From Gnetum montanum (lineage: Eukaryota; Plantae; Gnetophyta): DNA of 64,000 nt. The notes under the pieces are model-generated. The model made no database searches. It had not been told where the DNA came from and was given only the letters and a program-made list of their open reading frames with translations. The DNA lies in the NCBI GenBank assembly GCA_015680685.1, contig MNCI01002538.1, positions 523,290-587,289 of the forward strand, given 5' to 3'. How positions within the stretch are numbered: position 1 is the stretch's first letter; the number at the start of each line of letters is the position of its first letter. Of this stretch, positions 27,160 to 41,700 are shown piece after piece. The position numbers were made by a program, and so were the translations under genes.

Positions 27160-30100
27160 TGTTACAATCCATAGATTCATAATGATGATTAGAAACAAAA
27201 TGGTTATCAAGTTACTCATAAACAAAATAAGTGAAGAAGGATCTAGTTTCCTAAATAAGAAGAAAAGATCCAAGATGAGCCATTCTTAATTTAGTCTAGT
27301 TTCCTAAAGAGGAAAAGAAGACTATCCAAAAGGTTATGATGGATAATTGAAAATGATTACAAAATGAACATGCTATGAATGAGGTAATAGTCCATAATAG
27401 GTGAAGCTATGGGTTACTAGAGAATTCCATGAGGGCCCAATCCATGTAAGACTAACCAACTAGAATATTTTCCAAAAGACCTATCATAAGCAACAAGAAA
27501 AAGCACACATCATAACGATGTAGTTAATAAAAATATGTTATGAAGAAGATATTTGTGATGAGTTAGTCAAATATCAATAGAGTGGTTGCTAAATAAAAAA
27601 TAATATAATTATGAAAGATGTATAATTAATAATTGTTTAATTAATAAATCATATGTTAAATTTTCTCATAACCTAAAAGATCCTTATAAAACTAGAGTTT
27701 TCCAAAAGATGTGAAACAACAAATAGTTGTATGAGATAGCTACATGTGATAGTCAAGTGATTTAGCACTATATAAGGAGGAAAGGGTGTAAGAAATAAGA
27801 ACATAGACTAATGTATCATAAGATGTTAAAAAGTAGAAAGATTAGAGTATAGTAGAGGGGAAGAATGAAACATTAAGTAATTTCATGATTAGATGAGGCT
27901 CTTGAAAATGACCCTAGAAGGAATGCTAGAATCTCCTACAACATCAGTAGATTAGAGAAATAGCACACAAGATCATCCACTTCTTGAACATCATATGGAG
28001 TACATTATATACATACTCCTAAAAATGGAAGACAATCTAGATGAGTTACTACAACACTTGAAGATGGGGGAAAACTCTACAAAATGCTATGAAGACAAAC
28101 AAAGATATGGCAACAAAAATAACAATAGACAAGAAAGGAGACCATATGATCATAGCTAAAGGCCTAAAAATAAGCCTCAATATCTTAAGAGTCAAGGAAC
28201 CAACTACCCTCAATTCTCTTATCCTAAATTGCATGATGGTAAGCCTATCCTTTATAATGTATGGAAAAAATAAGTTACATTATTGTGAAACTTAACTTGA
28301 ACCCTATAATATCATGCACTATAAAGAAAAGAGATAAAAAAAGGGTATTTTTATGAAAACTTCATGTGCTACAAAAAATGACCATCATAAACATTAATTG
28401 CACTATCAAGAACATGAGTTTTTAGAAATACCAAGAGTGAAGCATGAAAATTCCCAAATTTTCAATCCAGAGAAAGGGTTTAAGCATATTTAAAATAAGG
28501 ATTTTCAGTTCATTCTAATGAGAATATTTATTTGTGAACTCTATGAACTCAATTTGTGCCCATTTTAAGTATGAGAGTAAGCATCATATTTAGAATCAAG
28601 ATGAATGCAAAAGAAAAAAAAGATCAATTATAATGAAATTCTAGCTAGAAAGGAAGCCTTTAAGATGCTAATGATGAATCCTATTCAAGGAAATCTTAAG
28701 TTGAAGCATAAAATTACCTATGACTCAAATTTTCCACAACTAATGGTGGAACTAGAGATACACGACAAGCTAAAGATAGTCAACATGAGTGGCTTCATAC
28801 AATTTGATCTCTAGGCCTCCAAGAAAATGATCGATGAGGAAATGAATCATTCACTAAAAACATACTCTAATGGTGTAATGGAAATATTTTATCAAGGTAC
28901 GTCTGCTCAAGGATCCATATTTGAGGAAGCCATTCATTTTATCATTGATGATAAGAATGTCTACTTATCATTTGTAGATACCCATTTAATTAATTATGAA
29001 GTCCTTGCACATGCATTTCTTTCTAGTAAATATTTAGAGGATCATAGATCAATTGTTTGGGTAAATGCAAACCTACTGGTAGACCCTATCTATTCCATGT
29101 GTAAAATCTATAATGCATGGATTGATTGCACTTATCCTCGTACCATAGTCTAGTGGGACATCATCAAGACCCTCTTTTATATTCAATCTCTAAACCTCAA
29201 ATGCACATGGAAAATAATTATAGTGCATAATTTTTATTATGTACTTACGAATATTGAGGGTACAAATAGTCATTTTGGTTTTGGAGAACTTCTTAAGCTA
29301 CCAGCAAAGGGTTTTTGCAATGAGAATGTTACTACACAACTATTGGCATGTTTGGTGATTCTTGTTATTTTGGCAGAAAATAAGGTTACAAACCTAAGTA
29401 ATAAGAAATAAGTGATGTCTCTAGAAACATCATTCATGACCTCAAAAAAGAAGATGACTATAGTGACTACCATTACTAGGACATCCACTAAGAGACCACT
29501 CAAGTGTACCTTGGCACTAACCTTAGAAGAAGAAGGTGCTATAAAAAAGCTAAGGATCGTACTTGTTGTTCGTAAGACTACAACTGACAAGAAGGACATA
29601 GGCGATGAGTTCCTTTCTATCCCTCCCAAGTATTTTGATACTATAGAAATTAATTCATATACAGGCTTTTCAATTTTTGAAGTTACTGCTTTAGTTGATC
29701 ATCATTAATTCATAATCATGACTAAAGCATCTACTAGTCTAAGAGCCTATATTGAATTAATGACTACCAGCACTTATAAATTATTAGAAGCAAAAAATTA
29801 TTTATTGTATATACAAATTTCCTATTCTTTTGAATGAAATAATAATAAGATGCTGTTGAAAGAATTGATTGAATACTAGATTAAGGATGCAGATGTAGCA
29901 ATAATGAGGGAAGTGTGATATTGGCTAGATACCAAGAAAATAAATATAATTAATGATCATGATGTCATAAAAGCTAGTGTATATCTTTATGTTGAATCTA
30001 TGATTCATTACATAGAATTTAAGAAAGCACAAAGTTGCAAGAAGAATGACATCTTGGAGTCCATCAAGAAATTATTATTGATCGAGAAGAAAGAAGAATG

Positions 30101-31610
30101 AAAAGCTATCTTGTAAATTCAAATTAGTAAATATGATAGAATAAAATCATATTTTCAAAAGCTTGTATAGACTGTGAAATAATAGAAGGCATATATCAAG
30201 TCTAAATTACAACTACTAGATCAAGGACCAAGTTAGGGATTTCCATCTACAAAAGAACTAGAATAAGTTATGAAGATCGAGGAGCAACATTTACAAAGGA
30301 TGGAAGAGCTTCAAAATAAAGCTTAATAGCTAAAAACATAGCTTAAAGATCTTTATAATACCAATTAAAAATTTGTAATAGGGCATCAAACACTATAGAC
30401 CAATAACCAAGAGGTTAAGCAATGGATGTATCTTGTTAATTCATCAATAGAAGAATATCCATAGTAGCTCATCATAAAACAAAATGAAGTCAAGGTCCAC
30501 AAGGTAGAACTTGCAAAGTTATGAAGGGAGATGAAAGTGTTGAAGGCATCCATAAAATAGCAATAATTAGAAGTGCTACATCTACAATCACCAGTGGATG
30601 TAACAAAAGTTGAAGTGCTTGAAGTAAATGTTATAATAGCAAATGAAGTTGTGAAACTAATGCTTGAAAGGAAGTGTTAGAATATGATTGTAACACAATA
30701 TACAATAATTAGTTTCATAACTAATTAAAACTATTCATAATGACTTCTAAACAAGTCATAATAAAAAGCTATGACTCATATCTCAGGAACCATCACAACC
30801 TTTCCATAAAACATAAGCAGCCATCAATTAATTATAGAGCAATAATGGAAATAACAATGAAAAAGAAGACATGTAAAATAGTTATATGTCAATGAGATAG
30901 TAAGTCCAAGAATTAATGAATCATTAGATAAGGTGCTGAACATAGTATCTTGTAGTAGAAAATTAGAATCATGATGACAAGAAGCAACAAATATATATCT
31001 AGAGCAATGAAAGAAGCTTGCAACATAAATTATAATAAAACATATAAGTCATTATGATCTCTAGATTTTTAATAATTAACAGAAACTAAAAGGTTATTAA
31101 GTTACTTGTAAACAAAAGAAGTGAATAAGGATCTAGTTTTTTAAATAGAAAGAAAAGATCCAAGTTTAGCCATTCTTAATTTGGTCTAGTTTCCTAAAGA
31201 GGAAAATATGACTATCCAAAAGGTTATGATGGAGTAAAGAGAAATAATACAAAGAGAAAAGGTTACAAATGAGGTAGTAGTCCATAATAAGAGAAGTTGT
31301 GGATTGTTGACAGAGTCTGTGAGGGCCTAGTCTATGTAACACCAACCAACAAAGACAATTCCTAGAAGACCTGTCATACATAACATGAAAAGGCAGCCAT
31401 CATAAGGATGTAAAAAAGAAGAATATGTTACAAAGAAGAGATTCATGATGAGTTAGTAAAACACAAAGAGAGAGACTATTGAATGTGAAACAACGTAATT
31501 AAGAAAGATGTATAATTAATAACTTGTTCAATCAATAAATCATATGTTAATTTTTCTCATAACTTAAAAGATCCTTATAAAATTAGAGTTGGCCAAGAGA
31601 TGTAAAACCA
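27160..31610. repeat. Pair of ~560-bp diverged direct repeats (~27160-27718 and ~31050-31610) enclosing a decayed non-gag/pol coding region; probably LTR-element derived
   Basis: The two copies are colinear from AGAAAC..GGTTAT..AAGGATCTAGTTT to AAAAGATCCTTATAAAA.TAGAGTT. The interior has broken plus-strand ORFs with no recognisable RT or integrase motif. Confidence 0.65.
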
Positions 31611-31929
31611 AACTCTAACAAATAATGAAAAGAAATACATGATGCATACTTCTTTCATAGAAGACAGTGCAATTCCATAACATAAGCCAAATAGTAACAG
31701 ATTAGTACATAGCCTATATTAATAATACATTAGAAAATTCATTATGTTATAAATAATATTAAAGTATGTGTAGTATCAAATGTTCCAAAAGAAATTCAAA
31801 ATTGTACATTTATGCACAAATTTTTCCAATGTTATTAGCCTCAAAGTAAGCTATATCACTCACTCCAACTTATCATAGTGTTTTAAGGCTATCACACTCC
31901 CATTTCCAAAATCGAGCTATTCTAGAACT

Positions 31930-33930
31930 AAGATGTTATTACTTTGTAACAAATGATGTAATCATTTTAATAAGACTCAAAATTGCATATTTGAATAATG
32001 TTCATATCTCTTGAGGTAACCTTTGGTGTTTTGACCTTAGCTATTTATACCTAGGAATTAGAGGTCGTGCCAACATGGAATTTTAGAGTTAGTAAAGGCA
32101 AGTAACAAGTGTTAGGTAAAGTGGGATAGGAAGGTTATTAGCCATCTCTTTTGACCAAGTATAGGCCTAACCATGGTAGTAGTACTAGATTACTTCTATG
32201 GGATAAATGTTGAATGAAGATAACCTCAAAGCTCCCTCAAAGCATGATATAGGTATACTATTGTCACATTAATGAAGCTTCTGTTTCATTTCTTTCTACA
32301 TTTTTCCTATCACATTCATTACACATAATTTTGAATGTTATGTATATTTGACATTTACCATGACATCCAAAAAAGGAATATCACAATTTGTTTTAGAGCA
32401 AACCATAATCGTGGACTAATAACAATCAAGGGTTGACTACAATCTAGTGATGAACCATAAGCCACAATCCAAGAAAAATCATAAACCATCACCAAATATG
32501 CATCATGTCAAAGATGAATCATGTAACTAAGATGATACCTTCCCAAAAACATCCATGGATATACATAACTAGAGTTCAAGGAGACTGGACTACACACGAC
32601 AAGATACACAAACTACAAAGACTCTAGTAAGATAATGGTAACATTGATCTAGGTAACTTTTAATCATTTCATAGTAACATTAGATTTTCACCTTAGTTAT
32701 CTAATATAATTCTTATATCTCTTTCATAATGCTAGTAACCTATATCCAAAGTATTTTAATATGTTACCTTACTATGAGTCTTGCCTTCCCTAAACATGTG
32801 AATGCTAATAGTTTGATATTACATATCCACATTTATATTTTAACCATCAATGAACATAAGGAAGTCAAGCTATCCATATGATTCTCTCACTCATATTTAA
32901 CCAATAATGATAAATAACAAGAGTTGGTAGGAAAACCAATCCCTATTAGATAATAATAAGTTCTTCTAGCCTGTTAACTTACTAGATAAACTAAGCATGG
33001 TAATCCTTATCCCATTCACCTAGTTTGCAATTACATTATAATGGAAGAGAATCTGTTACAAGTCCTAATTTTAGCAAGATTCTACATTACGCATGTCAAT
33101 TCAACCAAAATAGGTTATTTTAGTCTTCCAAAATCATGGAAATTTAACTTAGTTTTTAATCCATAAAAAATGGCCAACACATAGTACTTGTTAAGAAAAT
33201 CTTAGTGGTACTAATTTTTCCTTATCAAATTTATGATTTAGAAGATATCAAGGTTAGAATATTTTCATAAAAAATGCTATGAATTACATTAATTTTGAGA
33301 GGTTTATAAAGTTAAAGAAAATAATATTACATTTAAAATTTGAGGCATAGACTCAAATGCACAACCATGTACTTAACAAATAAAAATATTGTTGTAATAA
33401 AAGAAGAAAAATTGAATAATAATATAAAATTTTTAAATTTTAATTAATAATATAAAACTAAAATTTCAAAATGGAGCCATTCCATATATAAGATGGTATC
33501 ACTTTGTAATAAATGATGTAATTATTGTAGTAAGCCCAAAAGGACATGTTGTAATAACAAGCATGTCTCTTGAGGTGACCTTTGGAGGTATGCCCTAAGG
33601 TATTAGAGGTCATGCTAATATAAAGTTATGAAGCCAGTATATATGAGTAACAACTATTGAGTAAAGTCGGATAGAAAGGTGAATAGTTATCCTGTTCGAT
33701 AAAAGCCTAATTATGATGGCAATGCTAGATTACTGCTATAGAGTAGATGTTGAAGGAAGATAACCCTAAGTAGCCCTTATAGCATGATCCAAATAGACTA
33801 TTTCTACATTAATAAACCTTCCTTGTTATTTCCTTTTTGCATTTTTCCTTTTGTATTCACTACGCATAATGTTAAATGTCACATATATTTGACATTTTTT
33901 CTGACATCTAGGAATGAAATATCACAAACT
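31930..33930. repeat. Pair of ~450-bp diverged direct repeats (~31930-32390 and ~33490-33930)
   Basis: Shared blocks ACTTTGTAA.AAATGATGTAAT, TCTCTTGAGGT.ACCTTTGG, ATGTTGAA.GAAGATAACC and TATATTTGACATTT...AATATCACAA occur in the same order. Confidence 0.7.
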
Positions 33931-35729
33931 AAAAATAAAATAACAGCTAAATAAGAATAATAATTAAGCAATTAATACTATTATGTAAATGAGCATTACA
34001 TGCATCTCATTCCTAATGTAAAATCTAAGTGGCTTATATTATGTTAGCTTATTCGTGTATCTATAGGCAACATGATCTATTTCTTGGCTTTGAGTTTTTC
34101 TACCGGAATCATTTTTAGCTTATCTATGTCATTTCTCAAGTTATCATATAGACAGGTCATGCATATTATGCAATAAAAAATTGGTTGAAAAATTAATACC
34201 TTTTATCTTTAAAGTAGGCGAGGCTGGGATGTTACCTGATACTTGTTATTACTCTTCATTCACCATTTATTTTAAGAGAATGAGGCTATTTAAAGGCCTC
34301 CACACATACAATACCATTCTTAACCATTGTAGATATTATGTCAAAGGTAATCATTTATGATTGTAATGTATTTGAACACAAGAGAAATTAAAATTCAATT
34401 ATTAAATAACATCATCAATTTCTTTTATTATATTCTTTTAGATCAAAATAATGATGAATAGAGGTCATGAAAATTAAGAACCATCCCCAAACATGTGTAA
34501 ATTAAATTCATGTTCACTAAAACTTGCAAAATTTGTGAGACATACATAATTTCAAATATAAAATAATTTGAAGTTTCTATACATGTTTTGAAATTATTTG
34601 TAAATGATGATGAAAAAAGATTATCACATTATATTTTGTTAAAAAAATGTCACTATCAAGATTCTTTCTACAAGTAGACATGCTGAAACACTCCACAAAA
34701 TATAAGTTTCATTACAAAGATGACTATATAAAATATATATATTTTTTCAAAGAGATATTGGTAAGTATTACTATTTTGGCATGAAAATCATTAATATTGA
34801 TTCATGTGAGGTTTTCACATTCGACTAACTTTAGTATTATCATTTGTTAACAATTGGACATTGTCTCTCATCAACAATAGTTACCTCTACCAAAATGTGC
34901 ATTTTTAATAATTATAACATATAATTCCTTGTATGAATAGGCCTTGAGACTACATTAATACATGCTTATTGATACTACTAGTACCCTCCTCTTTGCCTAT
35001 TTAATTTTCACTTGTTATTACCATTTGAATCTTCAAAATATTTGGCACATTATTATGAGCCACTTACATGTTGGACAAATTAACATTGGAAGGTTCATCC
35101 ACTTCAGTAAAGCCATTAGGGATGAAAACATGTACCCTTATTTTATGAAAATTCATCCCAAATAAAAAAAATCTAAAAAATTACCTATTAAAGAAAGACT
35201 CCATGGGGTCCCTCTGCTTCAATTTTCCTCACTAGTTCTACTTTATAGAATTTGGGAACATTAATTTTACCATCTCTAAACAAAATACCATTGTTATGAT
35301 TTTCTCTAGATGATATATTATTTCAAATGCCACTATTATGCTTTTTAGATTCAAAATATAATTTTTTAATAAAATACAATGTTACTATTTCAAAACACAA
35401 ATCTTGAATATAAATTATTTCAAAAGACTCAAATCGTTTGAGCTCTACACGAAAATTAATAATATAAATTCTTGACTTAATACTTGTATGTTTCAAAAAC
35501 AATGAAATTATTTCAACTATATTACCCATTTCATATGCTTAGCAATCAATTTATTTTGAGAATTCAAGAATTAGAGTGTTCTATGATCAATTAATGAAAG
35601 AAATTCAAGTTCTAGCAAGTAACATCTTTAATGCTTAATAGATTAAAGTATAGCATATAATTCCTTATTATCTGCACTATACATTTTTTTAGATTCATTT
35701 AATTGTTTTAGAAAAGAATGTAATTGGCT

Positions 35730-37560
35730 TACTCTCTTGAGAAAGCCAACCTCCAATAGCAAACCAACTTGCATCCACCTCTACTTCAAATAGCTTTGAA
35801 ACATTTGAAATTGCCAAAATTAGAGCACTACAAATATTTTCCTTTAATGCTTGAAAAGAATTCTCATTTGTATCATTCCATACAAAATTTAAATTCTTTT
35901 TTAAATAAGATAGTGTAAGCTATGTAACAGAACTGAATTTTCTAACGAATAATTTATAGAAAGTAGCTAAACTAAGAAAAGATCTCACCTCTCCTACATC
36001 TAAGGTAAATGCCACTCTTTGATTCTCTTGATCTTACTTTGATTCATCTTAACTTGATTCTTAGATATAATATGACCTAAGAAGATAATTTCCTTCTTCA
36101 TAAAATGATATTTCTTGGCATTGATCACCAATTAAGCTTTTATGTAGCTTTGAGCACACTAATTTCAAGTATTACACATGATCATCTTCATTTGAGCTAT
36201 AAACAAGAATATCACTAAAGAAAACAATGCAACATTTTCCAAGAAGGTCTATTAAGACATCATGGATAATCCTTCTAAATATGACTAGAGCATTAGTTAG
36301 TCCAAAATTCATGACTGCCCACTCATACAAACTATCATATGTCTTGAATGTCATTTTCCATTCATATCCTAGTCTAATTCTAATTTGATAATATTCACTT
36401 TTCAAATCAATCTTTGAAAATATTTCAACATTAACCAAAACATTAAGAATATCATCCATTTTAAAATAGGAAATTTTTACTTAATAGTGATTTTATTATC
36501 AACATTAGAATCAATACACATTCTCATCTTATTTATATCTTTCTTGTAAAGAACAACAACTTGAACAATACATGGAGAAATAGATTTCTTAATAAAACCA
36601 TTAGAAAGTAGCTTACTTGCTTATGGAACACATCCCTCTAATGCAAAGTCATTTATTAAGTCCTTTCATTTGGAATTGTAGCTCCAAGCATGTAGTTAAT
36701 TTGATGTTGAATGGATCTCATTGGAGGAAGCCTTTCCGATTTGCCTTTGAAGACATTAACAAATTCTTTTGCTAAATATTGAATAGTTGGTAGAAGTTCA
36801 ATTTATGCCTCTTCTTCACATGTTGCAATGGTAGAAATAATGAAAAATCCATGAACATGATCATAATGTTCCTTGAGATATTCTTTTTCACAAAGCAAAA
36901 TCAATGAAGCATTAATATATACATTGTCCTTGTATTGCTACACGATCATTGGAATTAATTAATGAATTCTATTTCTATGAGGGACTAATCAAATATTCTT
37001 AGATCCATCATTAGTAGCTTTTCTAACATAATTCTAATGTCTACCAAGTATAACATCACCACTATAGGAAGAATGATACATTTTGCTTAATCTTTGAAAG
37101 AACCAATTCTGAAAAACAAAATATACATTTCCTTTACCTATTGGAAATGATTTTTAGAGAGCCAATACACTCTGTAGGGCTTAGGAAGGGGAAATTTCTT
37201 CAGTCCAACTCTATTAACAATCATAAAAGAAATAAAATTCTCTTGAGCACCTTCATCTATCAGGATGTGAAGCCATTTTCTACTAGAGAGATATTTAGCC
37301 CAAATTTTAAACAGTATTTTCCTCAAACGATCTTCACTAGTATTGAAATTTCCCATAAATGAATTAAATTTAGTAACATATTAAATTAAAGGAGGATTAG
37401 GATTACCTTCATTTAAAGACTCTCCTTTCTCTCCAAATACTATATTTCCTTGCCTTTTAAAGACTTAAGTTTCTTACATTCCCATTGCTTATGTCCCAAT
37501 TCTCCACAACTAAAGAATTATACTTTAGAAGTATTATAGCATTGTACTAAGGTGGACTAC
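35730..37560 (-). mobile_element. Degenerate Ty3/gypsy (CRM-like) gag end-protease-RT-RNase H start
   Basis: RT reads FSKIDLKSEYYQIRIRLGYEWKMTFKT...FGLTNA. The protease LIDEGAQENFIS...PKPYRVYWL is CRM-type. A zinc knuckle SCGELGHKQWEC lies near 37500 and RNase H FEVEVDAS near 35790. Confidence 0.85.
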
Positions 37561-37928
37561 AAAATTAAATACAGAATTTCATTATCATCTGTACTCATGA
37601 TGATATGTTACATTTTTGTTAGCAAGCTTAATTTAAATTCAAATCTTATAATAGAAAGTGAAACGTAGATGCAACTTCCTAGAGAATAATGCACATACAG
37701 GCTTTGTTAGTCAAGAGATCTTGAGGATAAGTATCATCTTTTGCTTAGTTGTTCTTATATTGATCACTTGAGAGAAAAATATACTACTGTAGCAAAAAAG
37801 CCTAAAATATTTTATTATTAATTATATTTAACTATCATAAAAGATTATGTATATCCAATGAATTCTTTGACCTTGTAAAGGTAAAATCCTCACTCAATTT
37901 CAATTTTAATTCAATAAAATTCATATCC

Positions 37929-38180
37929 AAGTTTTGCAATAATGCTTAGACTTAACTTGTCATTGAAGTTTGATGGATGTCCAATCCAACTTTTAAATAA
38001 TTCATAGACTTAAACTTTGATGCATGCTAGGATGTCCAATTCAAAATCTAACTTTTAAACAATGCATAGACTTGACTGGATGGACCTTGGGATGTTCACT
38101 TCAACTTTCAAATAATGCATAGAATTGACTTGACCTGGATCTCTAGTGTAACTTTTAAATAATGCAGAGCCTTGACTTGC
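37929..38180. repeat. Degenerate tandem repeat, about 5 units of ~47-62 bp
   Basis: The core AACTTTTAAATAATGCATAGACTTGAC recurs. It lies just upstream (minus strand) of the CRM-like gag and is probably part of its leader. Confidence 0.75.
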
Positions 38181-38704
38181 ATTGATAATCTAGCGAAGGC
38201 ACTGATGCAACTTGTAGCATTCAATACCTCTATTATTGGCCAAGGAAATAATATTATGGTTTATGATCTCTTCCAATGTAGAGGAGACCAAACAATGGAT
38301 TGAAATTAGTGATGAAGTTTAAACATAATCATAGGGGTTGCTAAGACACTATTGTGCTTGCACGAAGACTTGAATATCAAAATCATTGATTGAGATATCA
38401 TAGTAGCCAACATTTTACTAGACCATAGTAGCCAATATTTTAGTCAACCAAAAGTTCAATTGAACCTAAGAATACAAATTTTGGTTTAGCAAAGTTATTC
38501 TTTGACACTCAATCTCTAATTATAACTAGATTTATGGGTACTAAAATAATGATTCAACAAAAAACTAAATAACTCAGGCTAGTGCTAGATAAAATAAATC
38601 TTTTAGAATGATAATCTTGAAAATCTTTTACCTCAATTCAAAATGAGGCTCATGATTTTTTTCCTCCTGATGGATACATTGGGGGGTGTTGGACCCGGAA
38701 AAGA

Positions 38705-41700
38705 CATTTTATTAATAAAAAGAGTGTCAAATACATAAACCGCATTAAGTCACAAAGATAAAAATATGAAAAACTAAGAACATTGGGGATTAAACTCTAT
38801 GAAACATCCTCATAAATAACTATTCATGAAAGGGATAACCCTAATTTGGGGAAATACCATCCACCAACCAGCCAATCTATTACAAGAGAGAGTGGCAGAA
38901 ATTTCGATGAGGCTGATAGCACTCAATAAAAGGTAGAGAGACCCTCGTATGAAGACTATGGTCAAATTTAAGGAGGAAAGCTTCTATGTAGATATCCCTA
39001 CTAAAGAGCATTGCTTAAGAGCATGGGTCCTTCCCAAGGCTACAAAAGATGAATCAACTGCTTAGTATCCAGTTTTAGCTTTGATGCTTGAGATTTGAGT
39101 TGGAAATAAATGAGGTAGAATATCTGCAATTTCACCTACATTGTTAGATGACATTTATTAGAATAATCAATCCTTTTAAAGATAACATTACATCTACACT
39201 TCCAAATGTAATAAATAATAATAGGTCTAATGACTTTTCATAGAAATTTAAAATTAGCAAAAGTGATGGCAAAATATAACATCTTAAGATAGCTTGCATA
39301 TTGGAATTACTTTGGAAGCCCATGTCCACATGTGATGAGTGAAGGGGAAAAGCCAAAACACATGAGCAAACTCCTCTTAACCACCATAGAGAGGGAAATT
39401 GGGACTATGAAACTTGAGATACTCAAGCTGTTTGTTAATAGGTAAACCTTGATGGATGAGACACCAAAGGAACTACTTAATTTTAGGGAGAGTTGGTAAT
39501 TTCCAAATACATTAGAAGAGAGGGATCAAGAATTGTTCCAACTCTTATTTTTCCTAAAACTTGTTACATTATTGAATGACACTTGATGATTCTTGCAAAA
39601 GGTTAAAGGCAACATGTGGCTTGTAGGGTAGAAGTTTTGACCAATTAATCCATTGGAGACCATGAAAGGTGCTATGCATCAAATCATCTAGCTACAAATG
39701 GTATTGAATGAAGGTATACACCGAAGCTAGGAAATGGTGCATTATTGTAGAATCTCCATAAAAATTATTAAACTAAGCCGTAGAAATCCATTGATCAACA
39801 AGTTGAAGATAAGTTAGAGAAATAACTCCTTCCAGTACTAGGAGGTAGAAACCTTAGCATTCATAATGGCAAGGGGAGTAGGCTACAAAGATAACCACCA
39901 AGGACATAACTTAGAGAGAAGAGTAGGATTGATCATGACATTTGTCTAATCTATATATCGGTGAAGAAGTTGTTAGGCCCTCCAAAGGCTTTTGAAAACA
40001 TGAGATTCAGAAATAGTGATAGTATGGGGGGAAAGTATCTAGTTAACAAAATGGGTTCCTTTCCAGAAGGGCTTATTTTTGGGAAATGCTTGTTGAACCC
40101 TTAATTGGAGGAGAGTCCCAAAGATGCTAGACCAACCACTTGGCAACTAAAATAATCCCATGCTTGAACAAGTTCAAAAGACCTAGGCCACCATTGTTCT
40201 TAGGAAGAGTAACAATATTCCAAGCGACACGATGAAATCCTTTTTTAGAGTCCTTAGAAGACCATATGAAGTCATGAAATAATCATTCAAGCTTCTGATA
40301 AGTAGCTTGGGAGGGAGTCCAACATGAAGAGTAATACACATGAATAGATGCACATATAGATTTACATACAAGGTACTTCCCAGTTAGAGTGAGGGTTTTA
40401 GTCTTCCATTTTTCAAGTTTCTTTTGAATCCAAAAAATCACATGCTCCTAGAGAGTAGAGGTAGAACCTCTAAAGTGGAAGAAAATGCCCAGAATCTCAA
40501 TGATGTCTTAATCTTAGAAAAACTATCAATTAAATTTGGTCACATGAGTATAGTTATCGGTAAAGCTATAGATAGAAGATTTGTTCCAATTAATATTTTT
40601 TCTTGAGATTGAGAAATATTGCTCAACCTAGGAAAAGAGTTAGTGCAAATTATCAGCAGTGTTTTGAAAAAGAAAAAAGGAATCATTAGTGACATTCATG
40701 TTAAGAAGCTAATGTTGAGGTGAAGAGATGTGGACCCTAGTGATTACTTCATTCTTAATATCATAATTTAACTAATGATAGAGAAAGTTAACTACAATGA
40801 TAAATAGATAAGGAGCAAGAGGACATCCTTGCTACACTAGTCAATGGATAGGAAAGGAAGAAGTGATGCTGAAGGTAGTGGCTATTCTTGCAGTAGTATC
40901 TAAGAACAAACATTTCACCATATGAACGAACTTAGGGGCAAACCCAAGTTTATTCATGGTTTGTAGAATAAAGTACCGCTTCATGTTGTCATATGCCTTA
41001 GCATAGTCAAGCTTCAAGAGGATAATATCTTGATCATCATCCTCCACCCACTTGAGACCTTTCCATGTAGTGATCACCTTGTTTAAAATATATCTAACAG
41101 GAAAAAATCTTATTTACTGGGGAGATATAATTTGGCCAAGAAGTCTTTTCAATCATAGATCTAAGCACCTGGCCCAAATTTTATACACCACGTTAAGAAA
41201 GATTATAGGATGTCAATTGGAGATACACGTAGGATCCTCAGATTTAGGAAGGAGGTGAATAATCCCTTAATTAAGATTGAGCCCAAGGGTACCAGTAATG
41301 ATAGCCTCTTTGATAACTTGGAGAAGGTCATTTCACACCAAATCCTAATGAGTTTTGAAAAATTCAATGGGGAAACCATCAAAACTGGGAGCCTTCCCAT
41401 AACTCAACTTGGAACAAGCTACCTGAAGCTCCTATTTGGTGATATCAGCATCCAAACTTTGTAACATGGTAGAATTAATATGTCTAGGATAATTGAGGGT
41501 AGTAGCCTCAAATGATGATATGTCCATAGGGTTAGCTGAAAATAGGATTTAATAATGATTTTTGAGAAATGTGAGAATATTATTATGGTCAGTGATGGTG
41601 GAGTCATCATTAGAGATTTTGTCTGAACAATGTAAGGGGGAAGAGCTATTTAGATACTTGAAAATTTTCTTATAATGTTCATCTTGAATATTTAACCAAG

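Noticed and set aside
37929-38180. Repeat-spacer-like periodicity resembling a CRISPR array (also the copia LTR repeats)
   Set aside because: The units are degenerate, the spacers are related to each other, the context is eukaryotic TE DNA and there are no cas genes.
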